Positions 1 to 9,569 of a DNA stretch of 30,573 bases are shown here, one piece after another (position 1 is the stretch's first letter; each line of letters starts with the position of its first letter). The stretch is taken from NCBI GenBank assembly GCA_964368355.1, contig CAYJAO010000001.1, positions 1-30,573 on the forward strand, in the 5' to 3' direction. A program made the position numbers and the translations under genes. The notes below the pieces were generated by a model. The model ran no database searches and was not told the DNA's origin. It saw nothing but the letters and a program-made list of their open reading frames with translations. This stretch comes from an uncultured Lachnospiraceae bacterium (GTDB lineage Bacteria; Bacillota; Clostridia; Christensenellales; UBA1242).

Positions 1-1350
1 AAGTTAGAAGTGGAAAATATGTCGATGACAGAAAGCTTTTTAGGAGTTGAAGAGGAAACAAGAAATGCTTCCAGAGAAGATTTCGAATATTTAATGACTA
101 GTAAGACAGACAACGGGATCTTGTTAAGCTATTCAGACTCATTTCATGGACTTTTTGTTAAAGAAGGCACGCAATCAAATGAAATAATTACGGTAATGGC
201 TAATGGTTTATTTTATGGCTTTGATTTCGATTTTTATTTTTTAACAATGAGTGCAGCAGAAATAGAAGCAATAGATGATAGTGCTATTTTAGAAGCCATG
301 GAGTTTTATGCAAGTATCTTTTATGCAGATGGCTCGTTCGACGAGGTGACAAGCGACACAATTACCGAGATTTCAGACTTTGACTTGACAACTGCGGGGA
401 CATACACTGTAACAGTGACTTATGGTCCAGACAACAAGACGGCTGATTTTATAATAAAGGGCTTTATTAGTGAAGACGCCATGGAAGAATATGTAACAGA
501 TAACCTTTTAGGAGAAGATGTTCTACGAATTGATTATGAAGATAGAATTAACCACGTGGCAAAGGGAACAACTCTTCAGCAATGGATTGATTCATTCGCC
601 ACAAATGAAAGTAAATTAGAAGGGCCTTCATGTCCTGATGGCGTCGCTGTTACGGCAGATATGGTTTCTGGATTTGATACAAGCGAAGAGGGAACGGTAA
701 TTATTACGTTTAATTATTTGGATGAAATGGGTACTCTAGAATTAACCGTTTATGATCCAGAAAATATAAAATTTCGTTATTTAGAGATATCGCAAGATTA
801 TCGCATTGTAGAACAATACGCTACATATGCCCCTTGGAACACTAATTGGTCTTTATATACAAATGAAAAATCGAACAACTCGGCGTGGTACAATGAACCA
901 AATGGTTTTGAGATGACTTACAAGATTGATGGAGTATCGAAAACTTTTGAAGAGATAGTAGCAACTGCTGGAGTAAAAAATGTAACATTTGTTATGACCC
1001 AGGAGTCAAGCGGTACTGTTTACGAGGTTAATAAAGCGATTTTTGTCTACGATAGTCAATTCAAAGCGGTGACGGAATGCGAGTTTGTGGTTGACGGCGA
1101 GACATTTACTATTAATAATGACGGGTCGTTAGATTTTACTGATGCAAAAATCAAACTTTGGTTTAATGGAAAAAACTCTGGTAGTGAGAATCTTGTTGAA
1201 GGTACAGATTATCAGTATATAGACATAACCAATGATATGGTTGTGAGTTTCATTGAAGTTGAAGAGAATGTAGCAAGTTATGTTATGATAGCGTATTCAA
1301 CCGAAATTTCTGGAGTAGAATATGTTGCTGCAACATTTATTGCAAAGTAA
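1..1350 (+). CDS. Acidic surface/secreted protein with bacterial Ig-like (Big_3-type) repeats, 5'-partial
   Basis: Frame is open from base 1 (aag tta gaa gtg) with no SD before GTG at 10, so the start is probably outside the window. Repeats such as DFDLTTAGTYTVTVTYG and SGFDTSEEGTVIITFNY match the Big_3 pattern. Very D/E/T rich. Confidence 0.6.
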   Translation, partial: KLEVENMSMTESFLGVEEETRNASREDFEYLMTSKTDNGILLSYSDSFHGLFVKEGTQSNEIITVMANGLFYGFDFDFYFLTMSAAEIEAIDDSAILEAMEFYASIFYADGSFDEVTSDTITEISDFDLTTAGTYTVTVTYGPDNKTADFIIKGFISEDAMEEYVTDNLLGEDVLRIDYEDRINHVAKGTTLQQWIDSFATNESKLEGPSCPDGVAVTADMVSGFDTSEEGTVIITFNYLDEMGTLELTVYDPENIKFRYLEISQDYRIVEQYATYAPWNTNWSLYTNEKSNNSAWYNEPNGFEMTYKIDGVSKTFEEIVATAGVKNVTFVMTQESSGTVYEVNKAIFVYDSQFKAVTECEFVVDGETFTINNDGSLDFTDAKIKLWFNGKNSGSENLVEGTDYQYIDITNDMVVSFIEVEENVASYVMIAYSTEISGVEYVAATFIAK

Positions 1351-1367
1351 ATAAGCTAAACATTTAT

Positions 1368-1400
1368 AAAAGAGAAGGGGACAACCCTTCTTTTTCTTCT
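1368..1400 (+). terminator. Rho-independent terminator
   Basis: Stem AGAAGGG (1373-1379) / CCCTTCT (1385-1391) followed by a T-rich tract, just after the stop at 1350. Confidence 0.8.
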
Positions 1401-1410
1401 TTTATTTTTG

Positions 1411-1438
1411 TTGCTTTTTGCTGTTTATGTGCTAAAAT
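1411..1438 (+). promoter_or_regulatory. sigma70-type promoter of ybeY-era (extended -10)
   Basis: TTGCTT (1411-1416), 16-nt spacer, TG-c-TAAAAT (1430-1438); ATG is 6 nt downstream. Confidence 0.55.
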
Positions 1439-1444
1439 AAAGGC

Positions 1445-1915
1445 ATGTTAAAGATATATTTTAATAATTTTTGGTGCTTGTATTTGAGAATAAAAATCTC
1501 AAGACTTTTTAATTGTGCATTAGATTTGAAATTGCAAGAATTAAAGGTTAATAAAAAAGACTTTCGATTTGAAGTTGATTTAAAATATGTTTCTGATAAA
1601 GAAATCAAAAATCTTAACAATGAATATCGTTCTGTAAACAAAGAAACGGACGTTCTTTCTTTTCCTATTATTGATTTTGCAAACGGCGAAAAGATAGTTG
1701 AAAAATATAATATGTTGGGAGACATTGTTATTTGTAAGGAAGTAGCAAAAAAACAGGCAAAAAAATACAGACATAGTGTTAAACGCGAGATTTGCTTTCT
1801 TGCATTGCACGGTTTCTTGCACTTGCTAGGTTATGACCACATTGAAAGTAAAGATGAAAAAGTTATGATGGCGATCGCAAAAAACATTTTAGAAAAGAAT
1901 AAAATTTATAAATAG
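1445..1915 (+). CDS. ybeY: rRNA maturation endoribonuclease YbeY
   Basis: TDVLSFP, LGDIVIC and HGFLHLLGYDH zinc motif; directly upstream of era. Confidence 0.95.
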   Translation: MLKIYFNNFWCLYLRIKISRLFNCALDLKLQELKVNKKDFRFEVDLKYVSDKEIKNLNNEYRSVNKETDVLSFPIIDFANGEKIVEKYNMLGDIVICKEVAKKQAKKYRHSVKREICFLALHGFLHLLGYDHIESKDEKVMMAIAKNILEKNKIYK

Positions 1916-1923
1916 GAGTTAGT

Positions 1924-2799
1924 GTGAAAAAAGCGGGGTATGTTGCGGTTATAGGCAAAACAAATGCTGGGAAAAGCACATTGGTTAATAGACTGATAGG
2001 TCAAAAGATCAACATTGTTTCACCCAAGCCACAAACCACAAGAAATAATGTTTTGGGTGTATTGACGGATGGCGAAAGCCAAATGATTTTTATTGACACT
2101 CCCGGAATTCATAGAAGCGTAAATCAATTAGACAAATACATGAGCAAAAATGTGCGCTCAGCAAGCGAAGGAGCAGATATTATCGTATATTTGATTGATG
2201 GCAGTAAAAATTTTGACGATGAAGAAATAGCAAATATTGAAAATCTCGTTCAAAAAAACAGAGCCCATGTCATTCTCGCAGTCAGCAAATTAGATATCGT
2301 GAATAAAGAGAAATTGTTTGGAGAAATGACAAAATTAAATTCCCTTGGCGTGAAAGAAATTATTCCTATTTCTGCTGAAAAGAATAAAAATATTAATGAA
2401 TTGAAGCAAAGCATAATCAAATTTTTGCCAGAGCAAGAATTCATTTTTCCAGAAGATGAAATTACAGATAAATCTATATCATTCTTGTGTGCAGAAATTG
2501 TGCGCGAAAAAGTGTTGAGATTTACTAATCAAGAAATCCCACACGGCGTTATGTGCCTTGTCACTCAGTTTGAAGAAAAGAAAAATATTACCCATGTTTC
2601 AGTTGATATTATTTGCGAAAAAGAGTCGCATAAGGCAATTATCATTGGGAAACAGGGAGATTCAATAAAGCGTATTGGAGCAAGTTCCAGAATAGATATG
2701 GAAAAATTGCTCGATACAAAAGTTATGTTAAATCTCTTTGTTAAAGTGGAAAAAGATTGGAGAAATAAGGTTTCGTTTTTAACTGATGGCTTTATTTAA
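1924..2799 (+). CDS. era: GTPase Era
   Basis: G1 GKTNAGKST, PQTTR, DTPG, EIPHG, KH-domain IIIGKQG; GTG start after GGAG. Confidence 0.95.
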   Translation: MKKAGYVAVIGKTNAGKSTLVNRLIGQKINIVSPKPQTTRNNVLGVLTDGESQMIFIDTPGIHRSVNQLDKYMSKNVRSASEGADIIVYLIDGSKNFDDEEIANIENLVQKNRAHVILAVSKLDIVNKEKLFGEMTKLNSLGVKEIIPISAEKNKNINELKQSIIKFLPEQEFIFPEDEITDKSISFLCAEIVREKVLRFTNQEIPHGVMCLVTQFEEKKNITHVSVDIICEKESHKAIIIGKQGDSIKRIGASSRIDMEKLLDTKVMLNLFVKVEKDWRNKVSFLTDGFI

Positions 2800-2843
2800 T
2801 ATATAATAGATATATATAAGAACAAAAAATAAGGTTAAAATAA

Positions 2844-2872
2844 TTGCAAATAAAGAATGTATATGTTAGAAT
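2844..2872 (+). promoter_or_regulatory. sigma70 promoter of the ileS operon
   Basis: TTGCAA (2844-2849), 17 nt, TG-t-TAGAAT (2867-2872). Confidence 0.7.
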
Positions 2873-2913
2873 GTGAATTATGAATTTACATTCTATTTTT
2901 ACTAGGAGAGAAA

Positions 2914-5900
2914 ATGAAAAAAGAAGTAGCAATGCCAGATTTGGCTGCAAATGAGGAGGAAATCTTAAAATTTTGGAGCGACAACCAAATTTTTAACAAA
3001 TTAAAAGAACAGAATAAAAATTCTGGGGAATATTATGCATTTTTAGATGGTCCAATTACCGCAAATTATGTTATGGGTCTTCATCACGCTTGGAATAGAT
3101 CATTAAAAGATATTATGTTAAAGTTTGCAGCATTAAATGGTCGCGATGCTCATTATCAAAACGGATTTGACGCTCATGGACTTCCTGTTGAACTTAGGGT
3201 TGAAAAAGAGTTGGGGCTTGATAGTAAAAAAGACATTGAAAAATATGGCATGGCAAATTTTATCGAACAATGTTTGAAAGTTGTTAAAAAATATTCTACA
3301 AAGATAACAGAACAATCCAAAAGGCTTGGGCAGTGGATGGATTGGGAAAATTCTTACTACACTAATTCAGACGAAAATATAACGGCCATATGGCATTTTT
3401 TGAAAATTTGTAAAGAGAAAGGCTGGATTGCTGAAAAATATAGACCAACACCATGGTGCACAAGATGCGGAACGGCACTTAGTGAACATGAAATGAGCGA
3501 TGCTGATGCGTATAAAGAAGTTGAACACGCCGCTGTTTTCTTCAAACTTCCAATTTTAAATAGCAATAATAGCGTGGTTGTTTGGACGACAACTCCTTGG
3601 ACGTTGTCGTCAAATGTTGCAGTTGCCGTCAACCCAGCATTTAAATATTCAATTTGTAAAGTGCAAAGCGATTCAAGAAACTTGATTGTATGTTCTGATA
3701 TGCTGAAAGTTTTGAAAGGTGATTTGATTTCTGTTGAGCAAGAAGTTTATGGTAAAGATTTAGTTGGATTAGAATATGAAAGTTGTTTTCCAGAATTTGC
3801 ACCACAAAATTTTGCTCATAAAATTGTTGCTTGGGATGCTGTTGATTCTGTTGAGGGCTCTGGGCTCGTCCACATTGCTCCTGGTTGCGGAGCAGAAGAC
3901 TTTGATTTAGGCCAATCAATTGGCTTGCCAAACATTATGCCTATTGATGAGGCTGGAAATTTCTATGAAGGATTTGGTTTCTTGACTGGCAAAAATGCAA
4001 ACGAAGTTGCTGATGAAGTTTTTGAAGAACTTAAAAAAAGAAATAAACTCTATTACACACACAAATATAAACATCGCTATCCACATTGCTGGAGGTGTAA
4101 AAATCCAGTTTTATTTAGGCTTGTAAAGAACTGGGTTATCAAGATGGATGAAATTAGACCAGAACTTATCAAAGTAATTGATGATGTTGAGTTTCAACCC
4201 GACTTTATGAAAAAGAGAATGCTAGATTGGTTGGAAAATATGGGGGATTGGTCCATTTCCAGAAAAAGATATTATGGCATTCCTCTTCCTTTCTATAATT
4301 GCCCACACTGTGGAGAATTGACAGTTGTTGGAAGTTTGGAAGAACTTGAAAAATTGTCAAGCAAAGAAGAAGTTGAGTCGCTTCCTCATCTCCATAGACC
4401 ATACATTGATAAAATTAAAATAACATGCCCACACTGCGGTGAAAAAGTTGAAAGAATCCCAGAAGTTGGAGATTGCTGGCTTGATGCTGGAATAACACCA
4501 TTTTCAACGAAAAAATATTTTACAGACAGAGAGTTTTTCAACAAAAATTTCCCAATCGAAGTGGTTTTAGAAGGTAAAGAACAAGTTAGACTTTGGTTCT
4601 ATTCGCTTTTGGTTATGAGTGTCGCAATAACTGGCAAAGCACCATATAAAAAGGTCGTTTGCACGGCAATGCTTTTGGATAGAAACGGAGATAAATTATC
4701 CAAATCAAGCCCTAATAACATTCCAATTGATGAAGCGTTTGAAAAGATTGGCGCAGACATTATTCGCTACATGTTCTCATCAAATAATATGATGTCCGAT
4801 GTTAGATTTTCATTTGATTTGACGGACGAAATAAGAAGAAAATTGTTAGCATTCTGGAACAATTATGTTTTCTTTAACACATACGCGGTTTTAGATAATC
4901 CTAAAATCGAAGGGTACGTTCCAGATGAAAACACACTTGATTTAACAGACAAATGGCTACTTGCAAAAACAAATGAGTTTGTAAAAAATTCAGCTGAAAA
5001 TTATAAAAATCAAAGATTTTATGCTGTAGCGGCAGATTTTGAAGAATTTGTTGATGAATTATCAAATTGGTACATCCGTGTTAACAGAAGAAGATTTTGG
5101 AAATCAGATGACGAGCAAGATAAATTAAACGCATATTATTCGCTTTATACAGCGCTTAAAAAAATATGCCAAATTATGAGTCCAATCATCCCATTTTTAA
5201 CCGAATATATTTGGCAAAACATGACAAGGGCTCTTGAACCTAATGAAAAAGAGAGTATATTCCTTGCAAAATTCCCATCTTGCACCGAGAAAAATAAATG
5301 GCAAAATTTGATTGCTGAAACTGAAGAAGTTAGAGATATCATTACTATCGCGCAAAGGCTTAGAAATGAAAAGCAAATTAAAATCAAGCAGCCATTAAAG
5401 ACGATGTATTTAGTTGCTAACAAGTTGGCAGATAAAGCTTCGAAAGATTTTGAAGAGATTATCAAAGACGAGTTGAATGTCAAAGAAATAGTATTTGAGA
5501 AAGACAACAATAAATTTAACGATGCTTATCTTTCAGTTAATTTTAAGACAGCCGGGGCAGTTTTGAAAGGTGATGTACAAAAAGTTAAGAACCTTTTAGC
5601 AGAAGTTGGCGAAATTGAAATGAAAGCACTTGTAAAACTTTACAAAAGTGGCAAGATTTCAATAGCCGGATTTAAAGATTTAGACAGTAGTTTGTTTGTA
5701 TTGAATTACAAAGCAAAAGAAGATTATGTTATCGCTACAGAGAATGAAAAGACTGTCGTACTCGATATTACAATAGATAATAATTTGTTATTGGAAGGGC
5801 TTTCACGCGAACTTATTAGACAAATTCAAGTTATGAGAAAGGAAGCAAACTTCAAAGTCGAAGATAGAATCATAATTGCTTTAAATACTGAGAGTGAAAT

Positions 5901-6045
5901 ATTAAATGCTGTAATTTCAAAATATTTAGACAGAATAAAAGCAGAAGTTTTGGCAAAGGAAGTAGCCTCAGAAATTAAAAAGCCAACCATTAAAACAACA
6001 TGTGAAATTAGTGAAGAAAACATAACAATTTCGTTAAAAAACTAA
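2914..6045 (+). CDS. ileS: Isoleucyl-tRNA synthetase, type 2 (IleRS2)
   Basis: GLHH (HIGH variant), KLSKS (KMSKS variant), WTTTPWTL and GLVHIAPG editing motifs, DWSISRKRYYG, and an IleRS2-type C-terminus (EGLSRELIRQIQVMRKEANFKVEDRI) without a terminal zinc finger. Confidence 0.95.
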   Translation: MKKEVAMPDLAANEEEILKFWSDNQIFNKLKEQNKNSGEYYAFLDGPITANYVMGLHHAWNRSLKDIMLKFAALNGRDAHYQNGFDAHGLPVELRVEKELGLDSKKDIEKYGMANFIEQCLKVVKKYSTKITEQSKRLGQWMDWENSYYTNSDENITAIWHFLKICKEKGWIAEKYRPTPWCTRCGTALSEHEMSDADAYKEVEHAAVFFKLPILNSNNSVVVWTTTPWTLSSNVAVAVNPAFKYSICKVQSDSRNLIVCSDMLKVLKGDLISVEQEVYGKDLVGLEYESCFPEFAPQNFAHKIVAWDAVDSVEGSGLVHIAPGCGAEDFDLGQSIGLPNIMPIDEAGNFYEGFGFLTGKNANEVADEVFEELKKRNKLYYTHKYKHRYPHCWRCKNPVLFRLVKNWVIKMDEIRPELIKVIDDVEFQPDFMKKRMLDWLENMGDWSISRKRYYGIPLPFYNCPHCGELTVVGSLEELEKLSSKEEVESLPHLHRPYIDKIKITCPHCGEKVERIPEVGDCWLDAGITPFSTKKYFTDREFFNKNFPIEVVLEGKEQVRLWFYSLLVMSVAITGKAPYKKVVCTAMLLDRNGDKLSKSSPNNIPIDEAFEKIGADIIRYMFSSNNMMSDVRFSFDLTDEIRRKLLAFWNNYVFFNTYAVLDNPKIEGYVPDENTLDLTDKWLLAKTNEFVKNSAENYKNQRFYAVAADFEEFVDELSNWYIRVNRRRFWKSDDEQDKLNAYYSLYTALKKICQIMSPIIPFLTEYIWQNMTRALEPNEKESIFLAKFPSCTEKNKWQNLIAETEEVRDIITIAQRLRNEKQIKIKQPLKTMYLVANKLADKASKDFEEIIKDELNVKEIVFEKDNNKFNDAYLSVNFKTAGAVLKGDVQKVKNLLAEVGEIEMKALVKLYKSGKISIAGFKDLDSSLFVLNYKAKEDYVIATENEKTVVLDITIDNNLLLEGLSRELIRQIQVMRKEANFKVEDRIIIALNTESEILNAVISKYLDRIKAEVLAKEVASEIKKPTIKTTCEISEENITISLKN

Positions 6046-6056
6046 AAGAGAGAAGA

Positions 6057-6926
6057 ATGAAAGTAAATACTGAGTGGAAAGATTATGAAGTCATCGCTAC
6101 TGGCAATGGCGAAAAACTTGAAAGATGGGGAAGTGTGAAATTACTTCGCCCAGACCCTCAAGTGATTTGGCCTGCTCAATTTTCTCTTGAAAAAGAAAAA
6201 GGATTGAATGCTCGCTATATTCGCGAGTCAACTGGTGGCGGGTATTGGGAGAATATCACAACTATACCAAACGAATGGGTTGTGGGTTGGAGAGACCTTA
6301 AATTCAAAGTAAAGCCTATGGGGTTTAAACATACTGGATTATTCCCAGAGCAGGCAGTAAATTGGACGCAAATGATCGATATGATTAAAAAAGCAAAGCG
6401 ATCGGTGAAGGTACTAAATTTATTTGCTTACACTGGCGGAGCGACAGTTGCGTGTGCATCTGCAGGAGCAAGCGTCACACATATTGATTCAAGCAAAGGA
6501 ATGGTTGAAAGGGCAAAGGAAAACCTGTCAATTTCAGGTTTTAAAGATGCTTCTGTAAGGTTTATTATAGATGACTGTAAAAAGTTTGTAGAACGCGAAA
6601 TTCGAAGAGGAAACACCTATGATGCGATAATTATGGATCCACCTTCTTATGGGCGCGGACCAAGTGGCGAAATTTGGAAGATAGAAGATAATCTGTTTGA
6701 ATTTGTTGAACTATGCTATAAGGTCCTATCAGACAAACCCTTGTTTGTTTTAATAAATTCGTATACAACTGGTTTACAGCCACAAGTAATCAAAAATATC
6801 TTAGCGCTTATCACAGATAAAAAATTTAAAGACAAAAAATACGAGTGTGAAGCGTATGAAGTTGGGCTTCCAACTAATGAAAAAATCATTTTACCATGTG
6901 GCGCAAGTGGTATAGTTAAATTTTAA
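6057..6926 (+). CDS. Class I SAM-dependent methyltransferase (RlmI/RlmK-like family)
   Basis: VLNLFAYTGGATV SAM-binding motif, DAIIMDPPSYGRG, N-terminal GEKLERWG...RPDPQVIW. Confidence 0.85.
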   Translation: MKVNTEWKDYEVIATGNGEKLERWGSVKLLRPDPQVIWPAQFSLEKEKGLNARYIRESTGGGYWENITTIPNEWVVGWRDLKFKVKPMGFKHTGLFPEQAVNWTQMIDMIKKAKRSVKVLNLFAYTGGATVACASAGASVTHIDSSKGMVERAKENLSISGFKDASVRFIIDDCKKFVEREIRRGNTYDAIIMDPPSYGRGPSGEIWKIEDNLFEFVELCYKVLSDKPLFVLINSYTTGLQPQVIKNILALITDKKFKDKKYECEAYEVGLPTNEKIILPCGASGIVKF

Positions 6927-6935
6927 GAGGTAGAA

Positions 6936-7745
6936 ATGGAAAGGGTTGAAGATTTGCAAGTTATTTATGAAGATAATCATGTTATAGTCGTGATTAAGCC
7001 TCAAAATATTCCTACACAAAAAGATGAAACAGAAGATCTCGATATGCTTACTATGGTAAAGGATTATATCAAAGTTAAATATAATAAACCGGGTAACGTT
7101 TACGTTGGCTTGGTGCACAGATTAGACAGACCTACGGGCGGATTATTGGTATTTGCAAAGACTTCAAAAGCCGCTTCTCGTTTAAGCGAGCAAATACAAA
7201 ATGGTGAATTTGACAAAAGATATCTTACGGTTGTAGAGGGGCCTTTGAATGAAAAAACAAAGCATTTACAACACTATCTTAAAAAAGATGAAAAGACTAA
7301 TACTGTAAAAATTGTTCCAATGAGTGAAAGTGGAGCAAAGAAGGCGGAGTTAATATACAATGTTTTAGATGTATATAATGAATACGTAGAAGTTCAAAGA
7401 AAAGCAATAAAAAAAGTTAGAATAAATGTGCATGAAGACTTAACTCAAGAAGAAAACAACGAGATTTTTACCGATAAAGTAGTAACAAAAACTTTGACAT
7501 TGGCGGAAGTTAAATTGTTAACGGGAAGAAGCCACCAAATTAGAGTGCAGATGGCTAGTTTGAAAGCACCCGTTTTTGGCGATGTGAAATATGGCAATAC
7601 TAAGGCTGAAAATACTAAAAATCTTGCATTGTGGGCATATGAACTTACATTTACGCATCCTACAACGAAAAGGAAGATGAGCTTTAAAGTTCTGCCAGAT
7701 ACAGAAAAAGAACCTTGGAATAAATTTAATTTCAATAAAATATAA
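6936..7745 (+). CDS. RluA-family pseudouridine synthase
   Basis: VIYEDNHVIVVIKP, VHRLDRPTGG catalytic motif, LLTGRSHQIRVQMA, PVFGDVKYG. Confidence 0.92.
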   Translation: MERVEDLQVIYEDNHVIVVIKPQNIPTQKDETEDLDMLTMVKDYIKVKYNKPGNVYVGLVHRLDRPTGGLLVFAKTSKAASRLSEQIQNGEFDKRYLTVVEGPLNEKTKHLQHYLKKDEKTNTVKIVPMSESGAKKAELIYNVLDVYNEYVEVQRKAIKKVRINVHEDLTQEENNEIFTDKVVTKTLTLAEVKLLTGRSHQIRVQMASLKAPVFGDVKYGNTKAENTKNLALWAYELTFTHPTTKRKMSFKVLPDTEKEPWNKFNFNKI

Positions 7746-7756
7746 GAGGGGTCGCT

Positions 7757-9517
7757 ATGAAGAAGAGAAGTGAAATTGAAGAAAGATATAAGTGGGATTT
7801 GACTGAGTATTTTAAAGATGACGAGGCTTTTAAAACTGAGTTTGAATTTTTGAAAACCCAAATTCACGCACTAGATGGCTTTCGTGGCAAATTGAAAGAT
7901 GTTAAAAATATTATTGATTGTCTTACTTTAGGTGAAGAATTGAATAAACGCCTAGAAATTCTTGGCGTATATGCAAGTTTAAAAACTTGTGAAGATACAG
8001 CAAATCCTTTCTATCAAGAACGCTTAACACAAGTTGGCACATTGGGAAGTGAGTTTGGGACTCAGACCGCTTTCGTTGGAGTGGAACTTAAAAAATTATC
8101 AGATGCAACTTTGAAAAAATTACAAAAAGAAACGCAGTTTCCAAATTTATTTAAAAGTATTTTAAGGAATAAAAAGCATATTCTTTCAGAAAAAGAAGAA
8201 AAAATTTTGTCGATGAGTGGCAATATGGCTGGAGGATTTTCTAACAATTTTTCTCTCTTTGATGATGCTGATTTAAAATTCCCAAAAGTTAAAGATAGCC
8301 AAAACAAAAGTCACGAGCTAAATCATTCCACATACATGCAACTTTTGCAGAACAAAGACAGAACTTTAAGAAAGAATACTTTAAAAAAATATCACGAAGA
8401 ATATGGAAAATTTAATAACTTTCTCGGCTCAAATTACATTTCTAATGTGAAAAAAAATGTATTCTATGCCCGCTCGTCAAAATATAAAAACTGTTTAGAT
8501 AAATCAATTTATTTGGAAGAAGCAAGCCGAAAGGTTTATGATACCTTGCTTGAAGCAATAAATGAAAATCTCCCAGTATTATATCAATATTTTGAAGTGA
8601 AGAGAAAAAGTCAAGGGTTTGATGAATTTGCAATATATGATCAATTTGTTAGAGAAAAAAATGTCACAAAAAAATATACCTTTAACGAAGCGATAGACAT
8701 AATAAAACAAGCCACATCAGTGCTTGGCAAAGAATATACAAAATTATTAGAGAGAGCAGTTGAAGAGCGTTGGATTGATATCTACTCAAATGAGAATAAA
8801 GATAGTGGAGCATTTTCTTCTGGTGCGTATGGGAAACACCCCGTTGTGCTCACAAATTTTGTAGGAGACACGCGCAGCCTTTTCACTCTTGCGCACGAAT
8901 TGGGACATTGCTTGCATACGTATTATTCTGACGCAAATCAAAATTATGATCAAGCAGGTTATACGATTTTTGTTGCAGAAGTCGCAAGCATTGTTAACGA
9001 AATGTTATTGTTAAAATATTTGCAAAAAAATACTAAAAATAATTCAGAAAAAATATATTATTATGATTATTTTTTAAATGAATTTAAGAGCACTGTCTTT
9101 AGACAAACAATGTTTTCTGAATTTGAACAATTTGCTCATGAAACATTTGAAAAAGGCGAGCCAATTTCTTCGGAAATATTAAATAATTTTTATTTTAATT
9201 TAAATAAAAAATATTTTGGAAAAAATGTTAAATTAATTCCTGCAATAAAATACGAATGGTCGCGTATACCACACTTCTACAGGGCGTTCTATGTTTACAA
9301 GTACGCCATTGGTATGATCAGTGCACTCTATCTAGTCGACAATATAATTCTTACCATGCCGGAAAAATATTTAAACTTTTTAAAGAGCGGAAGCACAAAG
9401 CCGCCAGTGGAATTATTGTTTAATGCTGGCGTAGATTTAAATAATAAGAAAACATTTAATATTGCATTTAATTCAGTAAAAGAAATATTAAATAAATGGG
9501 AGAAAATAATTAAATAA
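7757..9517 (+). CDS. pepF: Oligoendopeptidase F (M3B peptidase)
   Basis: YKWDL N-terminus, TLAHELGHCLH zinc motif, AEVASIVNE, EWSRIPHFYRAFYVYKYA. Confidence 0.92.
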   Translation: MKKRSEIEERYKWDLTEYFKDDEAFKTEFEFLKTQIHALDGFRGKLKDVKNIIDCLTLGEELNKRLEILGVYASLKTCEDTANPFYQERLTQVGTLGSEFGTQTAFVGVELKKLSDATLKKLQKETQFPNLFKSILRNKKHILSEKEEKILSMSGNMAGGFSNNFSLFDDADLKFPKVKDSQNKSHELNHSTYMQLLQNKDRTLRKNTLKKYHEEYGKFNNFLGSNYISNVKKNVFYARSSKYKNCLDKSIYLEEASRKVYDTLLEAINENLPVLYQYFEVKRKSQGFDEFAIYDQFVREKNVTKKYTFNEAIDIIKQATSVLGKEYTKLLERAVEERWIDIYSNENKDSGAFSSGAYGKHPVVLTNFVGDTRSLFTLAHELGHCLHTYYSDANQNYDQAGYTIFVAEVASIVNEMLLLKYLQKNTKNNSEKIYYYDYFLNEFKSTVFRQTMFSEFEQFAHETFEKGEPISSEILNNFYFNLNKKYFGKNVKLIPAIKYEWSRIPHFYRAFYVYKYAIGMISALYLVDNIILTMPEKYLNFLKSGSTKPPVELLFNAGVDLNNKKTFNIAFNSVKEILNKWEKIIK

Positions 9518-9537
9518 ACAATTATATTTAATTGTTT
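9516..9537 (+). terminator. AT-rich hairpin after pepF, weak terminator candidate
   Basis: AAACAATTA-tatt-TAATTGTTT immediately after the stop codon. Confidence 0.4.
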
Positions 9538-9569
9538 TAAGAATAAATATTATTATATACTGGAAAAGG

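Noticed and set aside
1432-9517. Short antisense ORFs within ybeY, era, ileS, the methyltransferase, rluA and pepF
   Set aside because: They are nested opposite well-conserved genes, lack SDs and have implausible composition.
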